DNA of 64,000 nt from Carcharhinus amblyrhynchos. Lineage: Eukaryota. The stretch covers positions 52,638,001-52,702,000 of the forward strand of contig OZ336881.1 of the NCBI GenBank assembly GCA_965287045.1, read 5' to 3'. Position 1 is the first letter of the stretch. The number at the start of each line of letters is the position of its first letter. The notes under the pieces are model-generated. The model was given only the letters and a program-made list of their open reading frames with translations. It made no database searches and was not told the DNA's origin. The position numbers were made by a program, and so were the translations under genes. This document shows, piece after piece, positions 38,148-51,198 of this stretch.

Positions 38148-39605
38148 CAAATTTTATTGCGCACTCACGGTTGAGATTCCCTGACCTCTCCAGTGCTTTT
38201 CTCAGCGGCGAGAGGCAGCATGCCATTCGCAGGTGGTGGGATCCTCTGGTCCCACCTCTATCAATGGGGATTCTCTTTGAAGCCACCCCACGCCATTGGG
38301 AAACGCATGGCCGGAGGTGCACTGCCTGTGGGACCAGAGAATCCCACCGGCATGAACGGCCAGAGAATTCTGACCAACAGCTTTGAAACACCTCAGCTCT
38401 TTTGTATGCTGAAGACATTCATTGCAAACTAAAATCAGTGCCCGGAATTTTACCGGCACGCTCACCCCGGTTTTGGGGCTGGTAAGGCTCAAGAATGGAA
38501 TTCCCTGTTGGCCTTGGGTGGGATTTTACAAGCCTCACCTGAGCGAAGTCATAAAATCCTGGCCAGTATGTCACATTGGTGGTGCTGAAACCATTTTCAA
38601 TGTGCCTGAAAAATCTTTGCCTCTCTTTGGAAGTTTCTTGACTCATTCTCAGAGAAAGAAACAATGTAATACAAGTGACATCATTGTCAAGGGTTTACAG
38701 CCATTCATTCTACAGTCCTAAGAACTTTTTAAATGAATGCCTGTAACCTGAATATCACATCACTAACTATATCTATCCCAGACAACATTGAGATGCATAT
38801 GGCCATGACAATGCATGCATCATGTGACACAATTGAGCTAGATTCGCAACCATGAACCCTCATGTTCTTTTCCAAGTTTTTTTCTACACAAAGTCATCTC
38901 AGATGCTCCTAATGACTTTTGGCAAGTGATTATTGTGTCAATATGTCATTCTCCCGTGCATGAGGTGGCCTCATTAAAGAGTAGCACCCTCTGAAGAAGC
39001 CTTCCCCTGCCAAATGCTGCCAGAGCTTGATGATCAGTAGCTGTAAATCTGTGGAGAAAGCCACAAAACATCATTTTAGTACATAAACCATGTTCAATAT
39101 CTGAGGTATACTGATGGAATAAAACAATTTGCACTTATTTTAATGAGGTCTATAATGTAATTTAATGCATCAGCTTATTTTGATTTTTATACAGATTTTA
39201 CAAAAGTATTTGTAATTTTTTGGATATTATCTTTTCCTTTACATTTGTTACTTCATACTTCAGTGAAATTAATTATGCTGTTATGAAATAAAAATCGTAA
39301 GGGTGAATTCTCTATCCTCCTCGCGGTGTGTCGCGCTGCGGGAGACGGTGTGCCATTGGCCAGCATCAGTGGGATTTCCTATTGACTCCACCCCATGCAG
39401 CTGTGATACCCATAGTGGGGGCATGCCATCAGCAGGACCAGAAGATCCCACAGGTGTGAACAGCCAGAAAGTTCCCAAATGCTGGAAAGACTCGGCAGAT
39501 TTGACAGAGGAAATCAGAGTGAACTGCTAGGATTTTATGACCTCGCTCGGGCAAGGTTCGTAAAATCCAGCCCGAGGCCAACAACAAATTCCGTTCCGCG
39601 AGTGT
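38148..39605. repeat. Cluster of short MITE-like elements (about 38148-38373, 38438-38564, 39301-39478, 39520-39605)
   Basis: Mutually similar (ggaccaga..atccca..gg..tgaac.gccaga) with G..GGATTTT-type ends; relatives at 21670-21929, 37320-37450, 51673-51799, 52950-53149 and 56551-56697. Confidence 0.65.
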
Positions 39606-39712
39606 CTCTCACCCCGATTCAAGTCAACATTTCAAATTCACATCGCTCTTTTTCAGAGCTATCTTGTCATGAATGTTAGTTTTTAAAGTAAAAAATAAGT
39701 TATTTTTCTTAC

Positions 39713-40245
39713 TTAGCTCTTCAATGTCTTCACTTTCTTTGAATTTTTCTTCAATCCCACTTAATTTGCAGACCATGTTTTATTTGTCTGATCTCCAGGG
39801 TGTAAACTGTTCTTCAATATTCAGTCTCATAAAATATTCCTTTATCCTATAGATTCTCTTATTTTAAAAGTGTACAGACGGGAGACATTTTGACATGTGC
39901 TGGATGAGACAGACATTTTCTTCCAGAATAGTATTGCACTCACATCAACGCCTAATCCATGCATTCAGAAGAATGTGTTCATGAAGTTTAGCAAGGAACA
40001 TTTCTTGTGTGCACTCGGTGTGCATTAGTGTGAGTACAATCCATCAGTTTTGTTTCTTGAAGATTCCAGAATACAGAGAACTCTGAATCATTGTGAAAGT
40101 TTGGTGGAAGAACACTTCAATTGTATTAAATTTAGACTTAAAGTCCAGTCTTGAAGTGACTTCTAACCCTAGAATGTGCGTATGTGATATTTACTGAGTT
40201 AACTGGGTCAACCTTCATCCCAAGAACCAACCAAGTTGATTTCTC
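39713..40245 (-). pseudogene. Putative decayed exon of the unidentified nested gene
   Basis: Bounded by ttttattAG and A|GTAAGA; about 158 codons with 4 stops in AT-rich DNA. Confidence 0.45.
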
Positions 40246-41299
40246 CTAATAAAATTATTTACTTTCGTTCCATTTAAAATACATGTCCATTAGGATGAAT
40301 GAATGTCAAAATTTGCACAACTGTATTAGCAATGTTCCATAGAGGCATTATACTTCTTGGCAGTAAATTGGAATAAAAATCTAAACACATGAGTAATCAG
40401 CAGCATTGTCCTTACTTCTAGTGCGCCTCCATGTGCCAATTTCACAATAGATCTCACACACTGAACATTGTTAATATGGTTATGGTTGATTATAGTCATT
40501 GAGAAAATATGTATGAACATTGGAGCCTCCCAATTTCTGGGCCACTAAAACCTTTTACCTGCCTATTTGCAACAGATTAGCATTCATCATCCTCTTTGTT
40601 TCACCCTGAATTTTTTTGAAAAAACTCTCAGGGACATTAGATTTAGGATATTATCTAGGCACTGCTTTGTGTTACCTGTACCTTATTTGCATTCTTTGCC
40701 ATCCCACTAACGGAAACAGCTGGGCGATAGCTGTAAAATGGTTTTATGGTCTTAATCAAACCAGTACAGTTCAAGAGGGATTTTTTTTTAAATGTATTCT
40801 TGTGGGAATTAATGTTTGCAGATGTGCATATAGACAATTCTCACTGTTCAAAAATATTCATGCCTGATAAGACAGGTAATTACTTATATATTGAAGAAAT
40901 ATCTAACAGCATTTTCAACTTATTTTGAAAACAAGCAAATATATGTGGATGCATTCAGGTATGCATCACAGCTGCTTGTTAAACTCTCTTTGTACACAAT
41001 TCATTATTTTAAAATAGCCCCCAATCTCTCACTAAGGATTCACAATTGTATTCCAAAAGTACGTGGTTGGCTCCAAGGCCACTTTCAATGCTAAAGACCA
41101 GAAAGCATGGGTCGTTGCTATTCTAATTTTACTGCCTCTTACTGGAAGGTTTCCCAGTCATCTCTCAGTCCCATTCTGGTTAAAATCGTTTTCAACAGTA
41201 ACTAAGAAAAAGCTTAGAATAAAACAACATCGGTCCCACTCTGTGCACTGCAAGTTAGTTCTCTACTGCTGGTGCAAATTCACTAACCCCCAACTCCAG

Positions 41300-41600
41300 G
41301 GACGGCACAGTTAAGCAGTGATTAGCACTGCTGCCTCACAGTGCCAGGGACCTAGGTTCGATTCTAAGTTTGGATCACTGTCTGTATGGAGTCTGCATGT
41401 TCTCCCTGTGTCTGCGTGGGTTTCCTCCAAGTGCTCCGATTTCCTCCCACAGTCTGAAAGACGTGTTGGTTAGGTGCATTGGCCATGCTAAATTCTCCCT
41501 CAGTGTACCCGAACTGCCGCCAAGATGTGGCAACTAGGGGTTTTTCACAAATAACTTCATTAATGTAAGCCTACTTGTGACACAAATAAATAAACTTTTT
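41300..41600 (+). mobile_element. V-SINE with alternative tail
   Basis: HE1-like head and V-domain, then aattctccctcagtgtacccgaac...taatgtaagcctacttgtgac..aataaataaacttt. Confidence 0.9.
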
Positions 41601-44600
41601 AATAAACGGTAATCTAGTAATAAAATGGATCTTACCAAGTTTTCTAAAAATCTGAGGAAGAAAGTCTTAAGACACTGAGGTGGCAAATTAAGGCTCAAGG
41701 ACACCGTGTTTACAGATGCACAGCTGAATACACCAATGATTTTCAGTCCACCATTTCAGGAAGAAAAACTGAGGCAGATGAGAGGAAGCAATTTATCAAG
41801 TTTGTTGAAAATCCAATAAAGAATTTTAAATCACTGAGGTTATATATCAGTATTTACAGACCCAGGAATAGGACACATAGACGGCTTCCTGCATGATCAT
41901 TTTTGGAAGAAACCCAGTATCTGCTTATAGGAGATTCACAGGACACAATAGATATTTTGACAGAGGATCCTCTTACCTCTATAGAATAACATTACAGAGC
42001 ACTTTTTTTGTATTCTTAAGTGCCTATAACTGAAGTTGCATGATTGAAAAAAATTAGTTAAAAAATTTAATTACTTTTACTTAACTGATTTTAGAAACAG
42101 TAAGTGAATATAAGTAGGAAAGATAAATTGATCAATACATTTAATGTTATTTTTGAACAAGTACTGTTAAAAAGCTGAATGCTCCAAATGCAAATTTCAA
42201 AGATTGTTTCAACAAAATGAGAAATATGTTGAGTTTTTACTTTTTGATATTAGGAGTGTAATATGAAGTTTAAAAATAGATAAAGTGCTTTGAAGCATCA
42301 TATCTGTATTCACATATAGACAAAAAAAATGAAGACAATGAAACCAGCCACATAACATAAACCCCCTGCAAATAAAATTTGAGTGGTAAAATTAAAATAA
42401 TTCAGAACTAGGTAACTACTCATACAGTTTAAAGGGAAGTATCAAAAGGTTTATATCAAGATGCCAGATTGCAGATGTTCAACACAATGGCCATTTCTGT
42501 TATTTGTTAGAAAATTATGTATTATAGAAAAAATAAGTGGTGCAATGATTTCATATAGTTATTTGAATGTTTGACACAAGAAAAGCTGTAATGTCAAACC
42601 CATATATCTACTTTAAACTTAATTTTTTGGCTACTGAATATGTAATGACTGAGCTTGACAAATGCATTTTATGGAGAATAGATGTTTTGGCCATTATTTG
42701 GAGTCAGCAATAGGATCAACTATTCTTCTTTCCTTATTTCAGTTCATTGGGTACAAACGTCTTTCTGGAATCCATTGCAGATGTCAATGTTATAAGATGA
42801 ACAGATGGTTATTCAAGCTAATGGAAGCACCACTTTAATAATGTGTTACTGTGTACACAAACAGACATGAAGATTGGAAAGATTTAAAATTCATCACCTC
42901 CAGTCAACAGGGTCCTCTCAAATCTGAACCAACAGAATGAGAAAAATGCTCTACATAATATAAAATATGTTATACACGGAGATATAGATATAGGCTGATT
43001 TTTTTTGACACAAACTTGGTACTGTGGTTAGAACAAAATGAAACATAATTTCTTTAACAATCACATTTTGTTGTGCTTTAACCACAACGCCATGTGGGTG
43101 TAAAATGATTCTGGAAACCAACAATATACCAAGTATACTAACCGTTTTAAGATGCAGCATATTGAGCTGACCATATGTTACAGTACTGTTCAGTGGCTGA
43201 GTGATTCATGCCCGTCACATTCTAGTATATCAATTAAACCTCTTTGAATTCTGCATGATTTGTGTCTGTGTTATTAAACCCTGCTAATTCATCCCACTTA
43301 TATGTATGTTATAAATCTCTAGGAGTGCTGCATGATTCATGAGAATCTGCAAGCATGTTACTACAAATTTTGTGCTTGTAATTAACAATAAATTGTTTAT
43401 AATATTGTGCAATTAAATCTTCCAGTCACACTGCAAACAAACTATAAAATGGAGTTTTGTTTTAATATATTTGAAGGTAAAGATTTCAGTCTTTATGATT
43501 AATAGATTATCAGCTTATCTTCACAAACATTATTATTTGTTATTGAATTTATTAATAGATACAACCCAACCAGCCTGTAAGTCACCTTGGGACCAATCTT
43601 ACATTCTCATTACAATGCTACCTAGATTTGAAAATTAATGAACAGTAACATATTCTTTTCATTTTTTATTACATATAGATCATCACTGTATTTGTATTAT
43701 AATTTTACAGTATTGTACACATCTCCTGCTTTTAACAATTTCTTTAATATATAGATATTGGAGTTTAGAAAATGGCATTCAACTCACTGCAATGTCCAAA
43801 AGCAAGAAGGTCACACAATCATCTCTACAACTTCTTTGTATATTCAAGTTCATTATGATTATATTATGATCACGTAACTATATTTTCTCAATGCGCAAAT
43901 ATCAGGCATAATGCTTCCAACAAATGTGTGTGTATTTTTGTGTGTGAATTATTTATAAAAAGTAAAGCACATAATAATGCCAAAATGTAATATAGTGGAA
44001 CAGATGAAAAAAAGTCTAAAGACTAACTACTTAACATATAGGAAAAACAAACTAGAACTTATTACGTTCTACAACTGGTCGTCATTGTGATGTTTCCTAA
44101 GATGTTGGCTCTACCCATCAGAAAAGCTGGGAGCAAAATCTCTACTGTGAAAGTGTGAAACTGGAAGAAGTAAAATAGGACTAACAACACTCGATATAAT
44201 ATAAATTTTTGGACTTCAATCCAACTGGGCAAATTCAACATCATGTGAATTTGCATGGAGGTATACAGTAAAAGCTTGGGTCTGCTTTTAGCTATTCTTT
44301 GGGAGCAGGTTCATTTCTCGTTTTTTGATGTGCCGCAGAATTTATAATTTTCTGGGAATTTAGTGAAACCAATTGAAGTCCAATTATATTTTAATCCAAT
44401 TTAACAAGCCAACTTTGAGAAATTTGAAGGATTTTGACCTGACACCCTATTCAGCCCCTGAGCAAATTAAACTCCACCCGTTATTTTTTCACACAGGTAT
44501 GGAGATAGCGTGGATTTTTTTTTGTGTGTGTGGTAGGTCTTGTTAGCTATTGTGTGCACTGCTTTCAGAAGAACACCTTCTTTAAAAAAAACATGTAGAC

Positions 44601-45444
44601 TAGCTTTAATTTTGAGAAATGAAATGTTAAAAATCTTTGATGTAACCTATGTAATATAAATAATGCATTTTAAAAATTAAAATGTATGTGACATGCGCAA
44701 TATATTTAATTTTATTCCTGTGTGGCTAAAAGGAACCATATAATTCACCCATGACTGTATTGCTCAAGGATTATTCTGCTTTCTTTCATCTTAAAATACC
44801 TCAGATTATTCTGTACCACTACATCTGAAACAGTGTCCATCTCCTTGAAATAAATGATCATATAATTAACAAGGATGAATCATCAGAGAATTCCAACACT
44901 GTTCAAGTGTTCTAGTCAAAGGTGGAACTAATTCATTTCAACTGATTTCCACTGCTTGGTGCACATTTTTGATTTTTTAAATTCCTGGCAACAGCCTTAG
45001 ATTCATGAGTCCATACATCAAGTCAGTAGTTTAATGCGCAAATGAAATTGAATTCAAAGCAGAAAACTAATTGAAGGAGAGAAACAAAGGTGCTCAGTAA
45101 TGTGGTTTTATTAATCTGGAATACTGCATTTGCATAATTATTTCTTCTTTTTAGTGCGCCTGCAGAAACTGAATGTTATAATGAAGGGCTTGTTCTTGGC
45201 AAGAAGCAACAAAATGCATTCATTGTGTAGGGAAAAAAAGCACACAAGCATTCTAAAAAAGATAGACAACGGTTTGGAAATGGTCGCTTTGTTTTGGGAT
45301 CGCAAAGAGAACAAATTACATGCCTATTTGATTTCAAAAGTTGTAACTATATACTGGTTATGCAAACAAAATCTCTATTACTAAATCAATTAGGAAACTC
45401 AAGCTAATTATTCGACCAATAATCAATTGTACGGTAGTGAAGTA

Positions 45445-47106
45445 TTACAATGTAGTATTTAGTACACAATTACACAAATGACTTGTTGTGTAAGGATGTA
45501 ATCTTATCACAGCAAAACAGGAACTATAGGAGATTGGTGTGGAAAATGCAAGGCAAATTTTATTTCCTTCAGTAATATCTAGTAGTCTCATCATTCCTGA
45601 ACAATTCCAACTGTATGATGGTTCTCTATCCAATGTTTGCAATGCGGATCTGCAGAAGACATCTTGATTTAAGTGCTTTACTTTGTCATCTTGGCAGCTG
45701 ATGTGTAATCTTTAAGATACACTGAAGAACTTAGAAGTTAACCCATGCATATGATCTCTCTGGCTAATGTGCAGTGCTTCTTGGTCAAAACCTCTCTTTT
45801 GGCCAAGACGACTTCTGACTAATACACAGTCATCTTGTTTATAGCATTCAGATGAGTTTGAATTGGAATTTTCTTGGCACAGCTTTTCAATCTGAACACT
45901 TGTAAAGCTTAAAATATATCCCATTTGTTTCAAACACATACATCGTAAGTAAAACACAGGGCGGGATCTTGAGCCCGCACTCCAAGTGCGTGAGATCACC
46001 AGCAGGGGCTCAAGATACAGCAAAATCTGGAATTTGCAAATCTCGCTGGTGATATTGTAATTTGTGATTTTCACCTCCCCTCTTTGGTGACATAATAATG
46101 TTCACACCCTAATCCTAATATATTTCAATAAATTGAAATCTAATTCTACCCCCACTCACCAAATTATATACCACCTCATGAGGTTTGTATAGGTCGTCAT
46201 CGTTTACAGCAGGTTCACCCTGACGTGAGCCTGTTGTGGGAATCCCCCCCTCAACGAGCGCAAACGTCACTATAGCTCCCAGGGGAGAGGGACACGGTCA
46301 GGCAATGCCCTGGCAATGCCCCCCTAGGACCAACTTGGCAGTGCCAATTTATTTGTGGTGCTGAGGGGGAATGGGGGAGCAGACATGCGAGTGACAGGGA
46401 TGTCGGCGATGTTAATCTGTCCCTTCATGGTTGAATACATCTCAAGTACCCCCCCCGACCCCCATTGTCCCTAACCAGAATGTTTACACAAAGGAGGAAC
46501 TGAAAGCACTTAGCTGCTTTTGAAATTGCCTGTAGCTGCGACCCCTCTGGCTGAGTCACCTATGGTGTGTGCGGGGGTGTGACCTGCTTTTTTCCACAGA
46601 GTGGTTGGTGTTGTTCTCCTGGCTCTGTGGAAAAGGTGGGGGGCTGGTTTAACCACTTCCGTTGTAGAGGGAGGAGGGCCTGTCGGTCAGCGTGGAGATA
46701 AGAATGCCCCAATCTCTGAATGGGCGGGCAGGCGGGAATATTTCCCACTATGTATAATTTTGCATTGATCAGATGGGAGAAACCCACCTCACAGCCGCTG
46801 CTAACGCCAGCAGGAAATGCTTCAGTTTCTCTGCTGACATGGGCACTTAGAGCCAATTCGAGCGGATCATGGCCATGCTCTATCTAAATGACAATTGTGG
46901 TTTTCAGGTGCGCAGGGTTGGAGCTAGGGGATAATAATGGCCAGACAAGCATATATAATTCAGTCCCCATTTATAAATTTTGCACTTTGTTGTTAATTTC
47001 GTATTTATCACACATGAAATCCTGTCTTCTACCTCCTATTTCAGAAGGCAGTGCAGTGATTAGCATTTTTAAAATTAAACGGATTGCATTGTGTGTCACA
47101 CAAAAC
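45445..47106 (-). pseudogene. Putative decayed exon of an unidentified nested gene (interrupted by the TIR element 45959-46874)
   Basis: Acceptor-like ctgtacagcagcAG; FCVTHNAIRLILKML...GTELYMLVWPLLSP...HLKTTIVI*IEH|CVLLTMYVFETNG reads through the excised TE. A further frame of about 170 codons with one internal stop runs to 45445. Confidence 0.5.
45959..46874. mobile_element. GC-rich non-autonomous TIR element
   Basis: Termini gggcgggatc ... gatcatggcc; sharp GC step against the AT-rich flanks. Confidence 0.65.
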
Positions 47107-47149
47107 CTGCTGCTGTACAGAATTGTAAATTCATAGAAAGATAATAAGA

Positions 47150-48660
47150 TAGCATAAAGTTAAAAGGAGGCCACTTAGCCCCTCATGTTTGTACTCACTC
47201 TTTGTAGAACTATCCAATTGTTCCACATCTCTGCTCTTTTCCCCAACGTCTATTTCCCCAGTTCCCTTTTGAAAGTTGAATCTGCCTTCAACACCCATTT
47301 AAGAATTGCGTTCAAGATTTCAACAACCCTCTGAAAAAAATACACCTGATAAAACCTTTGGTTTTTTTGCCAATTATCTGGTGGGATTTTCAAAGAGGTG
47401 CGCATACTGGCTTGGAGGCAGACATGCCATTTCACACTACCAGCCAGCATGCCAATCTGCTGGCATGGTTCCACCGCTAGCATAACTTACTGATGACTGC
47501 TTTGAGCAAGGTGCTGGGGGGATGGAGGGACCCATCCATGGATAACTGCTGATAGATGTCTGCGGCCTAGGCCAGCAATGCCTCAGTCATGATCACAAGA
47601 GGACTATAACCATCCTGAGATCTTGCGGAAAAGATACCTCGGTAACTATGATCACTTTTTATTGTTTGATGCTGTAACAAGAAGTCTTCAGATGTTCTTG
47701 AGATGTTCACTTGTTCTCTTACCTTCATTGCCAGCAAACAACTGAGAGTGGGGTTGTGATCTTCCAGTGCTAGACGGTCTTCTATTGGCCCTCCAGATTT
47801 GGAAGCCCACCCACCCTTCTTACTTTGATGGGCTCCTGGAAGCAGACATTAAGTTGGCCAATTCCTCCAAAATCTCTCTTTTGGTTCCGCCATTGGCATT
47901 TGTGGATACCCTTCCTGCTTATCTTCCCGACGGCAGAATTAGGAGCTGCCCCTTTGTAATGGTTTTAATCAGGCCATTGAAGTTGGCCTGCTTCAATATG
48001 AACTCCCTGATTAAAGGCCAAATTGATGGTCCAATCAGGGAGCCCCATGCTCTGCACTTAAACAGGTGTGTCAGTTTCTCTGGTACTCCAGATATAGACT
48101 GCAGACAGAGAGCACTCAGTACAGTGTTGATGGATCTTGTAAATAAAGGAATTGCGATGAAAGGACTTCCGCCTCCGAAGACTTATTATACCCTTAAATC
48201 TGTAAACCTTGTGTATCCAACCTCTGCCAATGGAAGAGGTTTTCTCCTCATTTAGCCTACTAAATCTGTTACTGAAATCATGTCTGCTCTCAGAAGGAAA
48301 ACCCTGGCTTCTTCAATCCCTCCACATAACTGGAGTTCCTCATCCCTAGTAATCTAGCAAATCTTACCTCACCCCTAGCAATCTTGTAAATCTTACTTGT
48401 CTGCCTTCCTAAAGTATGGTGCTCAAGAACTCAACACTATTCCAGTTGATTTCTAGTGTTTTGTAAAGTTTTAGTGTAACCTCCTTGCTTTTGTATTCTA
48501 TCCTGCTGTTGATAAAGCCAAGAATCACACATTTTTTTTTAAAGCTTCTCAAATTGCCCTGCACCTTCAAATATTTGTGTTCCCATGTATCTCTGTCCCC
48601 TTCAAATCTGTTTAGATTCTCCTTGATTCTTCCTAATAAAATGCATTAAATTTCATCTTT
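47150..48660 (-). mobile_element. Degenerate CR1 3' fragment split by an intervening GC-richer repeat
   Basis: Tail ggaggccacttagcccc at about 47165; CR1-like cttcctaaagtatggtgctcaagaac and ctccttgcttttgtattctat at 48400-48510. Confidence 0.6.
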
Positions 48661-49004
48661 ATAGTGAGAATATATCGCTGTACCTTCCCGTAAATGGCTA
48701 AAAGGTTTTCAGTTTTTTTTAATTTTTCCACTGTAGATGAATGTACTAAAGGGTGAGATTTGGGCAATAAAATAAATGGGTGATAAAGGATAGGCAGCTG
48801 CTTTACATTCTACTCAATTGCCTTTGCCAGTGACTTCAATATGAATCACTACTGCTAGTTTAGTGCCTTCAGACAAGGCGAATTTCACCCCTTGATGTCC
48901 AAAATAAAACTTTAAATCAAATAAGAAATTACAAATTGCATAATGACATGGTTAAATTTATCCACAGTTGCTACTAATTCAACTGCTTCTTTTTAACTGT
49001 CAAC

Positions 49005-49350
49005 ATGACAATAATCTAGTGGTATCATCACTTGTAGATTAATCCAGAAATTCAGCTAATGTTCTGGGGATCCAGCTTCAAACCTTGCCACGGCAGGTGA
49101 TGGAATTTGAATTCAATACAAAATATCTGGAATTAAGAATCTACTGATGACCATGAAACCATTGTTAATTGTCAGAAAAACTCATCTGATTCACTAACGT
49201 CCTTTAGGGAAGGAAATCTGCCGTCCTACATGTGACACATGCAGACCAGACCCGGTAAGGACCACTCTTAACTGCCCTCTAAGTTAACTAGGGATGGGCA
49301 ATAAATGCAGGCCAGCCAGCAATGCCCATGTCCCACAAATGAACAAAAAA
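49005..49350 (+). mobile_element. tRNA-derived SINE (same family as 17850-18610)
   Basis: attaatccagaaattcagctaatgttctgggga...cctttagggaaggaaatctgcc...gcccatgtcccacaaatgaacaaaaaa. Confidence 0.88.
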
Positions 49351-50050
49351 TGTTCAAGGCTGTTTGCTTCAAAATTCAACTTGTTTTAAAAGTAATAAAA
49401 TTACAACAAACAAATCATATTTGGGACAGGCAATTTCCATGTTGCCATCTCCTCATTGGTACATAAAAAACAGCACAGTAATAGGGCTGTAAGTAGATGG
49501 GGAGCAGTAGAAATGATTGTTTGTTCACACATTCTGGTTTCTGGGTGCTCCCTGACTGATGCAGTTGGGTCTCCTGCCAGAAGCAGGCTGGCTGAAATTC
49601 ATAAATGCCAAGTCTATTCAAATCACAAAATTGTTATTACTCGGAAGGAGGCGTTTTGGCCCATGTGTCTGCTCCGGCTCTCTGAATGAGCAATTTCCCT
49701 AGTTCCAGTCTCCGGCCTTCTCCCCATAACGCTACACATTCTTTGGTTTCAGATAACAGTCTTATCCCCTGTTCAATACTTCAGTTGAATCTGCCTCAAC
49801 CACACTCAGAGGCCGAGCATTCCTGATCCTAATGACTCAATCCTTGTTTCAAAACTGGGTGGCAATATTTGCAGCTGCGATGGTTGAGGGGTTAAAAGTG
49901 TTGGACTTGAAATCCAATGGGATTTCCCTGTGAAGATTTGAACCCAGCTTGCAGCAAGTGTGATTGAAGTTATTTATTCTCTTTAATCAGTTCCCCAGGG
50001 TGATCAGTGACTGGAAAACTGATCAGAATTCCCATTGGTTTTTAATCCTT

Positions 50051-50124
50051 AGCCGTGTGGCTAGTTGGCTGATGCGCCTGTCTTAGTAAGCAGGAGATGT
50101 TGGGTTCGAATCCCAGCAGAGCCT
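50051..50124 (+). pseudogene. tRNA-Thr(AGT)-derived pseudogene
   Basis: tggctagttgg (A box), gcgcctgtc(t)tagtaagcaggagat, then tgggttcgaatcccagc (B box and T arm) follow the vertebrate tRNA-Thr-AGT. The acceptor stem pairs at only 4 of 7 positions and the anticodon loop has 8 nt. Confidence 0.8.
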
Positions 50125-50887
50125 TACTCCATTTAAACTGATCTGTGTCATTCAGCACTTCTTCCATGACAGGCCAAAAATCTGTCTTTGTTCCAAAATT
50201 GCAGATTAACGCTGTTTTTTCACTTATTTAAAAAAATGACTAGCTATATAAAAAAGCTTTCCCTCGTTCCACCATTGATTCTCAAATAATATCGTCAGGA
50301 CATCCAACACTATTTAAGTCTTATCCCACATTATCACTGCGAGTATTTTACTTCCCCACAAAGCACAGACACAAGAAGCTGAGTGACTGCTAATATTAAC
50401 AATATTTAAAGGGATCCTAAGTGGTTCTCAGGTAAAGCACTAGAAAGCTATGGGAGAAATATTGCTTATACATCTAAGTGAACTAGAATGCTGGCCAAAC
50501 AGCCCATTGATTTTGGGCGCTTAAACGACCTTGTAAGTCTTCGAAACGGCAAGCTGGAAGGATATGTTCATTATGAAGCAGATGTGCACCCCCTGCTATC
50601 TTGGTGAAGTCATAAATATTGGAGTGTAGTGCCAACACTTTAAAAAGACAATCTATGTAAAAATAAGTTGCCTAACACCTGCCGGAAGACCATTCTGGAT
50701 AAATGGCTTGCCCTGAGGCAGTCAGTATCAACTGGTTTCAGCAAAATCAAACCGACCTGCGGCCCAACAGATAATCCTTTAAATGTCTGCTTTTGATGCA
50801 GCGAACAGCAGGTACATTTTTATAGTATACTCACCTGCATGTAGAATTAGGAGAAAAGCTGGCTGCTGCTGCCCACCTATTGTGCTA

Positions 50888-51198
50888 CATAGAATTCCTA
50901 CAGTGCAGGAGGCCATTCAGCCCATTGAGTCTGCACTGACCACAATCCCACCCAGACCCTATTCCCGTGACTCCACATACTTACCCTGCTAATCCCCTGA
51001 CACTATAGTCAATCTAGTTTGGCCAATTATCCTAACTTGCACGTCTTTGGACGGATGGAAGGAAACCAAAGCACGCAGAGGAAATCCATGCAGACGCAGG
51101 GAGAGAGTGCAAACTCCACACAGACAGTGAACTGCGGCCGGAATTGAACCTGGGTCCCTGGTGCTGTGAGGCAGCTGTACTAGCCACTGTGCCGCCCC
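50888..51198 (-). mobile_element. HE1-type V-SINE
   Basis: Same structure as 10007-10317. Confidence 0.9.

Noticed and set aside
47767-48255. 162-aa plus-strand ORF
   Set aside because: It falls in mosaic repeat sequence and runs into an antisense CR1 remnant.
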